A stretch of DNA of 64,000 nucleotides. Source: an uncultured Chloroflexia bacterium. GTDB taxonomy: Bacteria; Chloroflexota; Chloroflexia; Thermomicrobiales; UBA6265. The translations under genes were made by a program, and so were the position numbers. The notes beneath the pieces were generated by a model. The model did no database searches and was not told where the DNA came from. It saw nothing but the letters and a program-made list of their open reading frames with translations. The stretch is taken from contig CAVUJM010000007.1 of the NCBI GenBank assembly GCA_963741795.1, positions 19,092-83,091 on the forward strand, read 5' to 3'. Of this stretch, positions 44,196 to 55,100 are shown one piece after another. Positions within the stretch are counted from its first letter, which is position 1. Every line of letters begins with the position of its first letter.

Positions 44196-44657
44196 CTCCA
44201 CGGCGCCGGAGACCGTATCGCCCGTGTTGGTCGTGACCATGACCTCAAGCTCACCGAGCGGGAAGAAGCGGTCCTCCTGGCGAAGGAACTGGAAGGCGAC
44301 GTACGCGGTCGTCATATCATCGTCGATGGTCGTGCGCATTTCCGCTTCCGGAACCTGCTGCCCGTCGATCGTCCAGCTGGCGGTGAATGTCGTCCCGGCC
44401 GGGACATTGCTGGCCTCAACCACGGCGACGATCGCCGGGGAGGTCGTGGTGTAGGCGGCGACCTCGTCGACCGGCTCACCGGTGGTCTCGTCGACCGCTG
44501 AGGTCCACACCAGGCGCTCGATCTGCATGGCATCGGGCAGCCCGGGAGTCGGGGTGGGCGCCACTTCCGGCCCGGCATCGCTGCCACAGGCGGACGCCAC
44601 GACGAGCATGCCGATCATGGCCAGCACCAGGAACCATCGGTGTCGCACGGTCGTCAT
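44181..44657 (-). CDS. Hypothetical lipoprotein
   Basis: Signal peptide with lipobox ASA-C; acidic beta-rich body. Confidence 0.75.
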   Translation of the reverse strand: MTTVRHRWFLVLAMIGMLVVASACGSDAGPEVAPTPTPGLPDAMQIERLVWTSAVDETTGEPVDEVAAYTTTSPAIVAVVEASNVPAGTTFTASWTIDGQQVPEAEMRTTIDDDMTTAYVAFQFLRQEDRFFPLGELEVMVTTNTGDTVSGAVEIELP

Positions 44658-44785
44658 CCTCCCCCAGAGCATGCCAGCGGCACAGCGCGACCGCCCTGCC
44701 AGGAGACGATTGTACCCGCATGCCGGCAGCGAAACTGCGAACATGACAGCATTGACGGAAGGCCGGTAACGCACAGGACGACATC

Positions 44786-45601
44786 ATGGCAGCATCTGAC
44801 AAACGAGACGGCAAGCGCTATCGCGTCGACATGCCTCTCCAGCCACGCCCGACCACCGGAGGCGCCAAAAGCCGCTCCGGCTCAAAGGGCGCCGGCGACG
44901 ACCAGGTCCTCACCTGGACGGAGGAGGACCGGAGGCAAGCGGCGGAGTTCACCCACAGCGACCCCTGGCGCGTGCAGCGCATCACGTCGGAGTTCGTCGC
45001 CGGCTTTGACGCCCTGGCCGACACCGGCCCGGCGGTGAGCATCTTCGGCTCGGCGCGCACGCCAGAGGACGACCCGTGGTACGAGAAGGCGCGAGACCTC
45101 GGCCGGCACCTCGCCGAGGCCGGCGTGACGGTCATCACCGGTGGCGGGCCGGGTCTTATGGAAGCGACGAACCGCGGCGCCTTCGAGGCGGGCGGAGAAT
45201 CGATCGGGACCGGCATCGAGCTGCCGCACGAGCAGGGCATCAACGCCTACGTCAACGTCGGGCTCGAGTTCCGGTACTTCTTCGTGCGCAAGATGATGTT
45301 CGTGAAGTACGCCTCCGGCTTCGTCTTCCTTCCCGGAGGCTTCGGCACGCTCGACGAGCTGTTCGAAGTGCTGACCCTGGTGCAGACCGGCAAGATGACC
45401 AAGCCCATCGTGCTGATGGGATGCGAACACTGGTGCGGCCTGCGCGACTGGCTGGAGGGCGTGCTGGTGCGCGATGGCCGCATCTCGGCGCCCGATACAA
45501 GCCTCTTCACGATCACCGATGACGTCGCGGAAGCGGCCCGGATCATGGTTGAAGCGGCCCGGAACGGCCGAAAGATCGCCAACGGCGCGCATCACTCCTG
45601 A
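44786..45601 (+). CDS. LOG family (TIGR00730) nucleotide phosphoribohydrolase
   Basis: SIFGSAR, ITGGGPGLMEA, FRYFFVRK, PGGFGTLDE. Confidence 0.92.
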   Translation: MAASDKRDGKRYRVDMPLQPRPTTGGAKSRSGSKGAGDDQVLTWTEEDRRQAAEFTHSDPWRVQRITSEFVAGFDALADTGPAVSIFGSARTPEDDPWYEKARDLGRHLAEAGVTVITGGGPGLMEATNRGAFEAGGESIGTGIELPHEQGINAYVNVGLEFRYFFVRKMMFVKYASGFVFLPGGFGTLDELFEVLTLVQTGKMTKPIVLMGCEHWCGLRDWLEGVLVRDGRISAPDTSLFTITDDVAEAARIMVEAARNGRKIANGAHHS

Positions 45602-45837
45602 TTTCATCGTACGGACGCTTCCGTGACCTCGCTGTCACCGCCGAATGCCGCGTTCGTACGAATACGGCAGGCTCTCCCACGTGTCTGTGCCGACCGGTCA
45701 CGAGTGCTAGCGACCGGCGTCCCTCTGGGGTACTATGAAGGCCGCAGGCAGGAGTTGGCTGGTCTCGAATACGGCAGGGCCGAAGCCATGCCGTTAATCG
45801 CCTGCACACCAACGCTTGAAGGGGAGAATGTTGTCGC

Positions 45838-48297
45838 ATGCGACAATTCAAGGGGCTGGACAATCGACTGAAACCTGATTCCCACGACCAGGTACCGCTG
45901 CTCCCGTTCCGCAAGGTGGTGATCTTCCCGCGGAACGTTGTGACGCTGCAGGTCGGTCGACCCCGCTCCATCCACGCCGTCGAGGAAGCGATGATGACCG
46001 GCGGTCTCATCGCCGTCACCGCTCACCGGGACGAGGAGATCGACGACCCTCGCCCGCAGGACCTCTTCGACGTTGGCACGCTCGGGAACATCCTCTCGGC
46101 GGACCGCCAACCCGGCGGCAACCTCCAGGTCGTGTTGGAGGGCGTCGGGCGCATCCGGCTGCTCGATATCCAGAACAAGCGCCCCTTCTTCATGGCGACC
46201 ACGGAAGAGATCGCCGAGCCGCAGGTCGACCAGCATGAGGCGGCGGCGATGATCCGCCAGATCCAGGATCTGACGCTCCAGTACTCCGACATCAACGGCG
46301 ACCTCTCGGCCGAGGTGCTGGACATGGTCCAGCGCGCGACGAATCCGGGACACCTTGCCGACCTGCTCGCGACGCAGGTGGTGAGCGAAGTGCCAAAGCG
46401 GCAGACACTGCTGGAGACGGCGAACCCGCTCGAGCGGCTGGAAAACCTCGGTGGCATCCTCTCGAACGAGATCGAGATCGCCGAGCTCGACCGCCGCATC
46501 AAGGACCGCATCCATAAGGAAATGGATGAGACCCAGCGGCAGTACTACCTGACCAAGCAACTGGAGATCATCCAGAGCGAGCTGGGCGGCGAGGAAGGCA
46601 ACGAGTTCCAGCAGCTGCGTACCAAGATCGAGGAGCGCGGCTTCCCCGAGTACGCGAAGGACAAGCTCCTCCGCGAGCTGCAACGCCTCGAGCGCATGCC
46701 AAGCGTGTCGGCCGAGTCGACCGTCGTCCGCACCTATATCGAGACGATGCTCGCGCTGCCGTGGAACGAGCCGACGGACGACCAGATCGACCTCGGGGCT
46801 GCCGAGGAGATCCTCGATCACGACCATTACGGCCTGGAGCAGGTAAAGGAGCGCATCATCGAGTTCCTCGCCGTGCGCGCCCTGACCCAGGAATCCGGCA
46901 TCAACACGTCCGCCCAGATCCTCTGCCTGGCAGGCCCTCCGGGCGTCGGCAAGACCAGCCTCGGCCGCTCGATCGCCGAGGCGATGGGCCGCAAGTTCGT
47001 GCGCGTGTCGCTCGGTGGCGTGCGCGATGAGGCGGAGATTCGCGGGCACCGGCGCACCTACATCGGCGCGATGCCGGGCCGCATCATCAACGCGATGAAG
47101 TCGGCCGAAGCCACCAACCCGGTGATCCTGCTCGACGAGATCGACAAGCTCGCCAGCGACTATCGCGGCGACCCGACAGCGGCCATGCTGGAGGTGCTCG
47201 ATCCCGAGCAGAACAGGCATTTCACCGATCATTACCTCGACATGCCCTATGACCTCTCGCAGGTGCTGTTCATCTCGACCGCGAACTACCTGAACCAGAT
47301 CCCCCGGCCGCTGCGCGACCGCATGGAGATGCTGGAGGTGTCCGGGTACACCGAGGACGAGAAGATCGAGATCGCGCGGCGCCACCTTTTGCGGCGCCAG
47401 ATCTCGGCCAGCGGCCTCTCCGAGGACCAGCTGGAGATTTCGCCGGAGGTCTGGCGGCAGCTGATCCGCGACTATACCCGGGAGGCCGGAGTGCGCGGGC
47501 TCGACCGCGAGATCGCGCGGCTATCGCGCAAGGTCGCGACGATGATCGTGCGCGGCAAGACCGACCGCAATGGCAAGGTGGCTATCACCAAGGACCGGCT
47601 GGAGGAGTTCCTCGGGCCGAAGAAATACGGCTTCGAGCAGGACCTCGGCGGCAGCCAGGTTGGCCTCGCGATCGGCCTCGCGGCGAGCGAGCTTGGCGGC
47701 GAGATCATCCCGGTCGAGGTGGCGACGATGCCCGGCCGCGGCAACCTGACGATCACCGGCCAGGCCGGCGACGTGATGCAGGAGTCCGCCCGCGCGGCGC
47801 TCTCCTACGCTCGCTCGCGCGCCGAGGAGCTGAAGATCGACAAGGACTTCCAGGAGAAGGTGGACCTCCATATCCACCTCGCCGAGGGCGCGACGCCGAA
47901 GGACGGCCCGTCCGCCGGGATCACGATGGCGACCGCGCTGATCTCCGCGCTCACCCAGCGCCCGATCCGCAACGACACCGCGATGACCGGCGAGATCACC
48001 CTGCGCGGGCGGATCCTGCCGATCGGCGGCCTGCGCGACAAGTCGCTCGCGGCGCACCGGCACGGCATCCGCCGGCTGATCGCGCCGATCGACAACCAGC
48101 GCGACCTCCGCGAGATTCCGCAGAACGTGCGCGAGGAGATGGAGTTCATCTTCGTGGCGAGCATGGACGAGGTGATCCAGGAGGCGATCATGCTGGACGT
48201 CGAGCAAGCCGACCAGCTGCAGACAAAGCAGGACCGCATCTACACGACCATCCCGAAGATGCAGCCAGACGCCGTCGACGCAAAGGGCCGCGCGTAG
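45838..48297 (+). CDS. lon: ATP-dependent protease La (LonA)
   Basis: [39 protein letters not shown], catalytic Lys in IGGLRDK. Confidence 0.97.
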   Translation: MRQFKGLDNRLKPDSHDQVPLLPFRKVVIFPRNVVTLQVGRPRSIHAVEEAMMTGGLIAVTAHRDEEIDDPRPQDLFDVGTLGNILSADRQPGGNLQVVLEGVGRIRLLDIQNKRPFFMATTEEIAEPQVDQHEAAAMIRQIQDLTLQYSDINGDLSAEVLDMVQRATNPGHLADLLATQVVSEVPKRQTLLETANPLERLENLGGILSNEIEIAELDRRIKDRIHKEMDETQRQYYLTKQLEIIQSELGGEEGNEFQQLRTKIEERGFPEYAKDKLLRELQRLERMPSVSAESTVVRTYIETMLALPWNEPTDDQIDLGAAEEILDHDHYGLEQVKERIIEFLAVRALTQESGINTSAQILCLAGPPGVGKTSLGRSIAEAMGRKFVRVSLGGVRDEAEIRGHRRTYIGAMPGRIINAMKSAEATNPVILLDEIDKLASDYRGDPTAAMLEVLDPEQNRHFTDHYLDMPYDLSQVLFISTANYLNQIPRPLRDRMEMLEVSGYTEDEKIEIARRHLLRRQISASGLSEDQLEISPEVWRQLIRDYTREAGVRGLDREIARLSRKVATMIVRGKTDRNGKVAITKDRLEEFLGPKKYGFEQDLGGSQVGLAIGLAASELGGEIIPVEVATMPGRGNLTITGQAGDVMQESARAALSYARSRAEELKIDKDFQEKVDLHIHLAEGATPKDGPSAGITMATALISALTQRPIRNDTAMTGEITLRGRILPIGGLRDKSLAAHRHGIRRLIAPIDNQRDLREIPQNVREEMEFIFVASMDEVIQEAIMLDVEQADQLQTKQDRIYTTIPKMQPDAVDAKGRA

Positions 48298-48300
48298 TCG

Positions 48301-49102
48301 ATGGCGCCGTCCCGGGACACGCTGGCGAACATCGTCGAGACGCTCTCGGCCTTGCCGCAGGTCGCCGGCATCGGGCTCGGCGGCTCGCGCGCGGCAAACC
48401 TCGGCGACGGTTCGTCGGACCACGATCTCTACATCTTCGGCACCGCGCCGGTACCCCTTGTGGTCCGGCGCGATCTTGGCCTGCGCTTCGATCCCACCCC
48501 GGAGATCGGCAACCCGTACTGGGGTGACGAGGACGCGTGGAGCGCTGACGGGACCTGGTTCGATCTCTCCTATTGGGACACCGCGGGCTTCGAAGCGGGT
48601 CTGCGCCAGGTGATCGAGGAGCATCGGCCCCGCGAACGGCTACTCGACTGCGTTCTGGTATACGGCGCGCAACCTGCAGCCGTTGTTCGACCGCGATGGA
48701 TGGTTGCGGAAAATCAGCGAGCTCGCGGCACGCCCCTACCCCGACGCCCTGGCCGAAGCGATCATTCAGCTCAACCATCCGCTCCTGCGAACCATCCATG
48801 CCTCCTACCGAAACCAGGTGGCCCGCGCCATCACGCTCGGCGACCCGGTCTCGGTGAATCACCGCGTCGCCGAGCTGCTCAAGACGGCGTTCGACATCGT
48901 CTTCGCGCACTATCGGCAATTGCACCCGGGCGAGAAGCGGCAGCTGCAGATGCTTGCGACGCTGCCCGGCACCGAGCACCTCGACTCCGCGATCCGCGCC
49001 CTCCTCGTCGCGTCGGGCGACCCGACCTATGACGGGTTGATGGGACGTGTCGACGCGCTCTGCGACGCGGTCGACGCCATGCTGGCCTCCGGCACGGCGT
49101 GA
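48301..49102 (+). CDS. Nucleotidyltransferase domain protein (DUF4037-like); +1 frameshift near 48630
   Basis: LGGSRA...SDHDLY; joins GYSTAFWY...LFDRDGW...HPGEKRQ. Confidence 0.8.
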
Positions 49103-49602
49103 GCCTCTCCTCTCCCGCACCGTTCGTCGAGCGCATGACGACGCGCGGGTATCGCCTCGCGCACCGGGTGCTCAAGCTGGCGTGGCGGCTATTCCAGCCA
49201 ACGACAATGGGCGTAAAGATCATCGCCCGGGACCCGGACGGGCGCATCCTGCTGGTGAAGGCGCGTTATCTGGAGCAATGGACGCTCCCCGGTGGAGGCG
49301 TGCACAAGCGCGAGACACCGGAGGATGCCGCCGCCCGCGAGCTACGCGAGGAGTCCGGGGTCATTGTGAGTCCCGAGGAGCTTCGGCTTGTCGGCCTGCT
49401 TTCGTCGTTCAGGGAAGGCAAGAACGATTACGTCGCGGTCTACACCAGCGACACCGCACCGGGGGCGGTCCCGAGACCGGGCGGTGAGATCGCGGAGGCC
49501 GCGTTCTTCCCGGTCGACGTCCTGCCGGAAGCGACCTCGGAGCGCACACGCCGACGGATCAGCGAGTTCCTGGCCGGCGAGGTGATGCGCGGGATATGGT
49601 GA
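49099..49602 (+). CDS. NUDIX hydrolase
   Basis: WTLPGGGVHKRETPEDAAARELREESG. Confidence 0.9.
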   Translation: MSLSSPAPFVERMTTRGYRLAHRVLKLAWRLFQPTTMGVKIIARDPDGRILLVKARYLEQWTLPGGGVHKRETPEDAAARELREESGVIVSPEELRLVGLLSSFREGKNDYVAVYTSDTAPGAVPRPGGEIAEAAFFPVDVLPEATSERTRRRISEFLAGEVMRGIW

Positions 49603-49627
49603 CGGTTCTCTCGCCGCTCGATTGCGT

Positions 49628-49741
49628 GTAGTCTCGCCCCCTGTGGGCGAGACATCGGCCGCAGGCCGATAGACGCGCGGTAATTCCCGGCTGCACATCT
49701 GCCGCTTCGCGGCAGGTCTCGGGCACAGGGCCCGAGACTAC
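49628..49741. repeat. Four-hairpin REPIN-like element (GTAG...CTAC)
   Basis: GTAG-TCTCGCCC-cctgt-GGGCGAGA, ATCGGCC-gca-GGCCGAT, CTGCCGC-ttc-GCGGCAG, GTCTCGGGC-acagg-GCCCGAGAC-TAC. Confidence 0.85.
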
Positions 49742-49750
49742 AGGGTGTGG

Positions 49751-50557
49751 TCACGCCTCGATATGGCTGGCGGTGACGGGGCGGTTGAGGAGCGCGGAGG
49801 CGATGCGGGAGGCGTCCGACGCGTCGCCCGTTGTCAGCAGGCGGAACGTGCCGGGGCCGGATCCCTCGCGCAGCAGCCCCGATGATTGCAGCACGCTGAG
49901 GGCGCGGCGCGCGATGGCGGTCCCGCTGTCGATGAGGCGCACGCCCGGCCCGACGTAGTCGCTGATCGCCCGGCGCAGGAACGGGTAGTGAGTGCAGCCG
50001 AGCACGATCACGTCGCAGCCCGCGCCGAGCATCCGGTCCAGCAGCGGCTGAATCGTGGCGTCGACCTCCGGACCGGCGAGCGTCCCGGCCTCGACCAGCT
50101 CAACCATCCCCTCCCCCGCCACGCGCTCGACGGTCACGCCCCCTGCCCACTGCTCGATCAGCCGCTGCAGTCGACCGCCGATGACGGTTCGCGGCGTCGC
50201 CAGCACACCGACATGCCCGGTGCGTGTCTCGATGGCGGCCGGTTTCACGGCGGGCTCAAGCCCGATGAACGAGAGCTCGGGCCACGTCGCGCGCAGGTGG
50301 TCGATCGCGTAGGCGCTGGCCGTGTTGCAAGCGACGATGACGATCTTCACGCCCTGGTCGACGAGATAGCGAACGATGTCCTCGCTGCGGGCGACGATCT
50401 CCTCCGGCGTGCGCGAGCCATACGGCACATAGGCGCCGTCGGCAACGTAGACCACGTTCTCGAGCGGCAGCATCTGCCGCACCTCGCGATAGACGCTGAG
50501 GCCGCCGATGCCGGAGTCGAAGATGCCGATCGGGGCATCCGGGGAGACGGGACGCAT
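49751..50557 (-). CDS. murI: Glutamate racemase
   Basis: FDSGIGGLSV, PYG, VACNTAS, LGCTHYPF. Confidence 0.96.
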   Translation of the reverse strand: MRPVSPDAPIGIFDSGIGGLSVYREVRQMLPLENVVYVADGAYVPYGSRTPEEIVARSEDIVRYLVDQGVKIVIVACNTASAYAIDHLRATWPELSFIGLEPAVKPAAIETRTGHVGVLATPRTVIGGRLQRLIEQWAGGVTVERVAGEGMVELVEAGTLAGPEVDATIQPLLDRMLGAGCDVIVLGCTHYPFLRRAISDYVGPGVRLIDSGTAIARRALSVLQSSGLLREGSGPGTFRLLTTGDASDASRIASALLNRPVTASHIEA

Positions 50558-50562
50558 CGGGA

Positions 50563-51198
50563 TTACCCGCCGAGCCGCCAGCTCGTGAGCAGCGTCCAGT
50601 CGAGCGTCTCCCACCAACGCCCCTTCCAGTCGTCGCTATGGAACGCGTAAAGGTGGACGTACTCGGCGGTGAAGACCTCCGGGCCGATGCCCCCCGCCTC
50701 CTGGACGAATGACATCACCTCATCGAACAGGTCCTCGCGCAGGTCGGCCATGGCGAGCGTGAGGTGAGCGTGGAAGTTCTCCATCGCGCCCTCAATCATC
50801 GTGAACGTGCAATCCGGGTCGACGAATGGCTTGATCGCCGTCCAGCCCGACTCATGCAGGGCCTGCAACGCCTCGTTCCGCTCGCCGTCCGAGGTGTGCT
50901 GGATGTCGATGACGATCGAGCCCCGTCCCCAGCCAACCGGGCCACGATTGGAGACGGCAAACGGCTCGTGTCCTTCGACCGCCTTGCCGAAGGCGTCCGC
51001 GATCTCCGCGACGGGCGCATCCGAGCGGAAGAACCCCTTGAGGGTTGCATGCGGCATGAAGACGCCGCCGCCGATCAGCCCGAACTGGCGCCTGAGGAGA
51101 TCGTGCATCTCCGCCTGCGCGCGGCTCATCTCGTACGAGGGGCGCAGATACCAGCCATATCGGATCGCGGGATTCGCTTCGATGGTCTCGGGCAGCAT
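50563..51198 (-). CDS. 2H-phosphoesterase (2'-5' RNA ligase-like) family protein
   Basis: Two HxT motifs: PHATLK and AHLTLA. Confidence 0.75.
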   Translation of the reverse strand: MLPETIEANPAIRYGWYLRPSYEMSRAQAEMHDLLRRQFGLIGGGVFMPHATLKGFFRSDAPVAEIADAFGKAVEGHEPFAVSNRGPVGWGRGSIVIDIQHTSDGERNEALQALHESGWTAIKPFVDPDCTFTMIEGAMENFHAHLTLAMADLREDLFDEVMSFVQEAGGIGPEVFTAEYVHLYAFHSDDWKGRWWETLDWTLLTSWRLGG

Positions 51199-52484
51199 TA
51201 CGGCCCTCCCTGCACCTCATGAACGTCGCGCCGGAACTCGTCCTGGTCGACGGCTTCGGCGCCTGGCGCGCGATGGCCGGGTCCTCCGGCGCGGAGGATC
51301 GGCTGCTGGGCGTCCGGCAGCTCCGCGAAGAAGTGTACCGGGCGCTCCGGGGTGCGTGGCAGCTCGCGACCGTCGATGAGCGTCAGGGTACTCGTGATGC
51401 GGCGATCCGTACGGCGCTCGTTCATGAAGACGTCGTAGTAGGCGAAGTCGCCCTCCTCAATGCGGAACAGCGCGATATCGGCCTTTTGTCCGACCGCCAG
51501 CGAGCCTGCTTCGGCCAGCCCGGCGGCCTTTGCCGGGTTCACGGTCGTACGAAGAACGATATCCTCCAGCGACATGCCGAGCATCAGGAACTTGGTCATC
51601 GTGGTCGGCATGTCGAACGCCGGCCCCTGCACCGCGATCTGGTGAATGTCCGTCGAGATAGCGTCCGGGACGATGCCGTCCGCGAGCATGCGCTCGGCGA
51701 CATCGAAGCTGAACGCGCCCATGCCGTGCCCCACGTCAAGCAGCAGCCCCTGCCGCTGCAGGTCACGAATCTCCGGGCGGATGTGCCCGTCCGGCCCGCT
51801 GATGCCCATCGTGCGGCCGGTGAAGCAATGCGTCAGGATGTCGCCGGGCCGCAGGTACGGCACCAATTCCTCCAGCGTCGGCGGGCCATCGCCGATGTGC
51901 GTCATCAGCGGCAGGCCGACGCGGTCCGCCAGCTCGCGCGCATGCTTCATCGGCTCGATACCGACGCCGCGCGTGGTGCGGCTGTCCATGCGGATCTTGA
52001 TGCCGAGGATGAGGTCGCGGTTGCGCTCGACGGTCTCCGCTGCGAGGTCAACGTCCCAGTAGTCCGGGTTCGAGAGCTCCCACGTCGGCGCGATGAGCCC
52101 GATCGAGGAAAGGTGCAGGAAGGCGTAGATGCGCGCGGTGGAGCGGTTCGCGATGTACTCGCGGAACCCCGCGAAGCTGTACCCGCCGGCGCTGCCGACG
52201 TCGATCCAGGTCGTCACGCCGGAGCGCGCGGCGATCGGATCCGGCTCGACGCCCCAGTAGGTTGCTCCCCAGTAGACATGCGTGTGCAAGTCCACCAAAC
52301 CCGGTGTGACGATCTCGCCAAAGGCGTCGATCTCCCGGGCTGCCGTGCCGCCAAGGTGCGTCTCGACGGCGGAGATGCGGCCGTCACGGACGCCGATGTC
52401 GCGGACGCCCGAGGTGCCGCTGGCGGGGTCGATGACGTGGCCGCCGCGGACGATGAGGTCGAATTGCGTCGTGGTGTCTGTCAT
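51198..52484 (-). CDS. Amidohydrolase/deacetylase family metallohydrolase (dihydroorotase-like)
   Basis: PGLVDLHTH, GVTTWIDVGSAG, GIKIR, GDILTHCF, DVGHG, ISTDIH. Confidence 0.88.
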   Translation of the reverse strand: MTDTTTQFDLIVRGGHVIDPASGTSGVRDIGVRDGRISAVETHLGGTAAREIDAFGEIVTPGLVDLHTHVYWGATYWGVEPDPIAARSGVTTWIDVGSAGGYSFAGFREYIANRSTARIYAFLHLSSIGLIAPTWELSNPDYWDVDLAAETVERNRDLILGIKIRMDSRTTRGVGIEPMKHARELADRVGLPLMTHIGDGPPTLEELVPYLRPGDILTHCFTGRTMGISGPDGHIRPEIRDLQRQGLLLDVGHGMGAFSFDVAERMLADGIVPDAISTDIHQIAVQGPAFDMPTTMTKFLMLGMSLEDIVLRTTVNPAKAAGLAEAGSLAVGQKADIALFRIEEGDFAYYDVFMNERRTDRRITSTLTLIDGRELPRTPERPVHFFAELPDAQQPILRAGGPGHRAPGAEAVDQDEFRRDVHEVQGGP

Positions 52485-53314
52485 CGGGCGACCTCCGTAT
52501 CGTCCCGCTCCTGGACGGACCAGCCGGCGGAGGCGCGTGCGGCCCAGCGGCCGTCGAACTCGTGGACGTCGATCGGGAAGCCGAAGCACTCCGAGACCAG
52601 CTCGCTCGTCAGCATCTCGCGCACCGGCCCCTTCGCGAGGATGCCGCCGTCACGCATCAGCAAGACGTGGCTAATGCTCGTCGGCAACTCTTCCAGATGG
52701 TGCGAGACCATCACGGTCGGAAGGTCCGGATAGGTCGTCGTCATGCGGTCCAGCGACGCCAGCAGGGCCTCGCGCGCCGGGAAGTCGAGCCCGGTCGCCG
52801 GCTCGTCGAGCAGGAGCAGCTCCGGCGCCTTGATCAGTGCCCGGGCGATGCGCACGCGCTGACGCTCGCCATGGGACAATTCACCCACCTCGCGCTCGGC
52901 CAGCGCCCCGGCCCCAACCGCGTCGAGCGCCTCGTGGGCGGCGGCGTATTCGGCCTCGCCCCAGTCGTCCCACTGCGGCCAGGTCGTGTTCTTCAGGCCG
53001 GTCAGGACCGCCTCGCGCCCGGTGAGCCAATCCAGCATGCGCAGGGCCGGGTCGACGCGGCCGATGCGGCTCCGCAGCTCGCGCATGTCGGTCTGGCCGA
53101 ACGTCTCGCCGAAGATCGTGACCGTGCCCGCGCTCGGGTGGCGCTCGGCGGCGAGCACGGAGAGCGTCGTGGTCTTGCCGGCCCCGTTCGGCCCGAGCAC
53201 GACCCAGTGCTCGCCCGGCGCGATCGTCCAGGACACATCATCGAGGATCCGCTTCTTCTCCGGCGTCCAGATCGACACCCCCTCCAGCTCAACGCTCCCG
53301 GTGCCAACAGTCAT
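52481..53314 (-). CDS. ABC ATP-binding protein (ModF/YlmA-like)
   Basis: GPNGAGKT, LSHGERQRV, LLDEP, VSHH; GAGG RBS. Confidence 0.9.
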   Translation of the reverse strand: MTVGTGSVELEGVSIWTPEKKRILDDVSWTIAPGEHWVVLGPNGAGKTTTLSVLAAERHPSAGTVTIFGETFGQTDMRELRSRIGRVDPALRMLDWLTGREAVLTGLKNTTWPQWDDWGEAEYAAAHEALDAVGAGALAEREVGELSHGERQRVRIARALIKAPELLLLDEPATGLDFPAREALLASLDRMTTTYPDLPTVMVSHHLEELPTSISHVLLMRDGGILAKGPVREMLTSELVSECFGFPIDVHEFDGRWAARASAGWSVQERDDTEVAR

Positions 53315-53429
53315 CAGCGCGGATTCCTCCCTCTTGGCGCAAGCCGCGAGCACGCGAATCGTGCACGCCATCATGCTGGTCATCATCCCCGAAATCGTCG
53401 GATGTTCAAGCAAGGATGATCATGCCTCC

Positions 53430-53457
53430 TTGCATAACCCCGTGCACTTAGTATGAT
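53430..53457 (+). promoter_or_regulatory. Probable sigma70-type promoter of the sugar ABC operon
   Basis: TTGCAT-16 bp-TATGAT. Confidence 0.55.
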
Positions 53458-53639
53458 GAATACAGCCGAAAGGGACCCTCAATATGCACGTCGTGCCTAT
53501 GGACGCAGACCATACACGCGGACCGTGAACGATGTGCGGAGCAAGGGGGCCTCACGGCGGGGACCCACGTTGTTGCGGGGGTAATCGTGCCCCTGCAGGA
53601 GCGGATCGAGTGAATCAGGTCAAGCGAAGGAGCGCGATC

Positions 53640-54986
53640 ATGATATCCAGGAAGATCAACCGTCGACGTATGGTTCAGGGCAGCGCCGGGCTGGCCACAG
53701 CGGGCGCCGTATCAACACGCTTCGCGGTCCCGATGGTCAACGCCCAGGAGAAGACGCCGGTCCTCGTCTGGACGACGCACAGCAGTGAGGACTTCGACGC
53801 GATCCAGAAAATCGTCGACGAGTTCAACGCCCAGAGCGATACCGTGGAAGCAACGCTCGAGCAGGTGCCCGGTACCGAGACCGATGCCACCAAGCTGATC
53901 ACCGCTGTTCGCGGCGGCACCGGCCCCGATGCCTATATGCTCGACCGCTTCACCGTCGCCGAGCGCGCCGCGAATGGGCTGCTGCAGGACCTCTCGGGAC
54001 TTCTCGAAGGCGCCGGCATGGATCCGGACCTGACCCAGACATACATCCCGTTCGCGGCGGAAGAGGCGACCTATCAAGGCAAGCCGTACGCCCTGCCATT
54101 CGATACGGACGCTCGCGCCCTCTTCATCAACAACGATCTCTTCGAAGCGGCAGGCGCCGACCCCTCGGCCTTCGACCCGGCCAACGGTCCGGCAACCTGG
54201 GACGCGCTCAAAGAAGCCGCGGCGATGGTGAACGTCGAGTCCTCGTCCGGCGACATCTTCGAGCAGATCGGGTTCGTGCCGTGGTTCAACCAGGGGTGGC
54301 ACTACACCTACGGCTTCTCGTGGGGCGCTGACTTCTTCGACGAGGAGAATTGCGAGGTCACCCCGAACACCGAGGAGATGATCGCCGCCTCCCAGTGGGT
54401 TGCCGATTTCGCGGCGGAGTACGGTCCGGAGCGGCTCGCCGCGTTCGTCCAGATGAACCCCGGCGCGCCTCCGACCGAGAGCCCGTGGATCCAGAAGCGC
54501 CTCGGCGCAATGATCTCCGGCGACTGGATGATCGCGCAGAACGCGAACTACATCCCCGACACCAACTACACGATCACCTACGTCCCTGTCCCTGAAGAGG
54601 GCATGGATTCGGCCACCTGGGCAGGCGGCTGGTCGTTCGTGATTCCGCAGGGTGCCAAGCAGCCCGAAGCCGCCGCGGAGTTCCTTGCCTACGCATCCGG
54701 TGAGCCGGGCCAGAAGGTCTATCTCACCGATACGACGCACCTGCCGACGGTCATCTCGCTGCAGGATCAGACCGACCTCTACAGCGAGCGTCACCTGTTC
54801 TTCGCACAGGAGCTCCTCCCGATCGCCCATAGCCGGCCACCGCTGCCGGTTGGCGCGAAGTATTGGGATGAGCTGACCGCCGCCTGGGAGAAGATCTATC
54901 TCGGCGAGCAGGAGCCGGCGGACGCGCTGCAGGAGGCCAAGGACAACACCATGACCCTCCTCAGCCCGCTTTGCCCGATCAACTAG
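53640..54986 (+). CDS. Carbohydrate ABC transporter substrate-binding protein with Tat signal
   Basis: INRRRMVQG twin-arginine motif; YALPFDTD; WAGGWS; AAGGAG RBS. Confidence 0.92.
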   Translation: MISRKINRRRMVQGSAGLATAGAVSTRFAVPMVNAQEKTPVLVWTTHSSEDFDAIQKIVDEFNAQSDTVEATLEQVPGTETDATKLITAVRGGTGPDAYMLDRFTVAERAANGLLQDLSGLLEGAGMDPDLTQTYIPFAAEEATYQGKPYALPFDTDARALFINNDLFEAAGADPSAFDPANGPATWDALKEAAAMVNVESSSGDIFEQIGFVPWFNQGWHYTYGFSWGADFFDEENCEVTPNTEEMIAASQWVADFAAEYGPERLAAFVQMNPGAPPTESPWIQKRLGAMISGDWMIAQNANYIPDTNYTITYVPVPEEGMDSATWAGGWSFVIPQGAKQPEAAAEFLAYASGEPGQKVYLTDTTHLPTVISLQDQTDLYSERHLFFAQELLPIAHSRPPLPVGAKYWDELTAAWEKIYLGEQEPADALQEAKDNTMTLLSPLCPIN

Positions 54987-54997
54987 CTCGTACTCGT

Positions 54998-55035
54998 GCC
55001 GGGAGCGGTCAGCTGGCCGCTCCCGGCTTTCTCTT
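54998..55035 (+). terminator. Hairpin and T-rich tail after the binding-protein gene
   Basis: GCCGGGAGCGGTC-agct-GGCCGCTCCCGGC-TTTCTCTT. Confidence 0.7.
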
Positions 55036-55100
55036 CCTTAACCGGGCTATCGGGATTCATGCACCGAACGGATATGCCCGGACGTGAGGGATGCGAACTC

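Noticed and set aside
45702-45710. CIRCE element upstream of lon
   Set aside because: Only the right half (GAGTGCTAG) matches; the left half matches 3/9.
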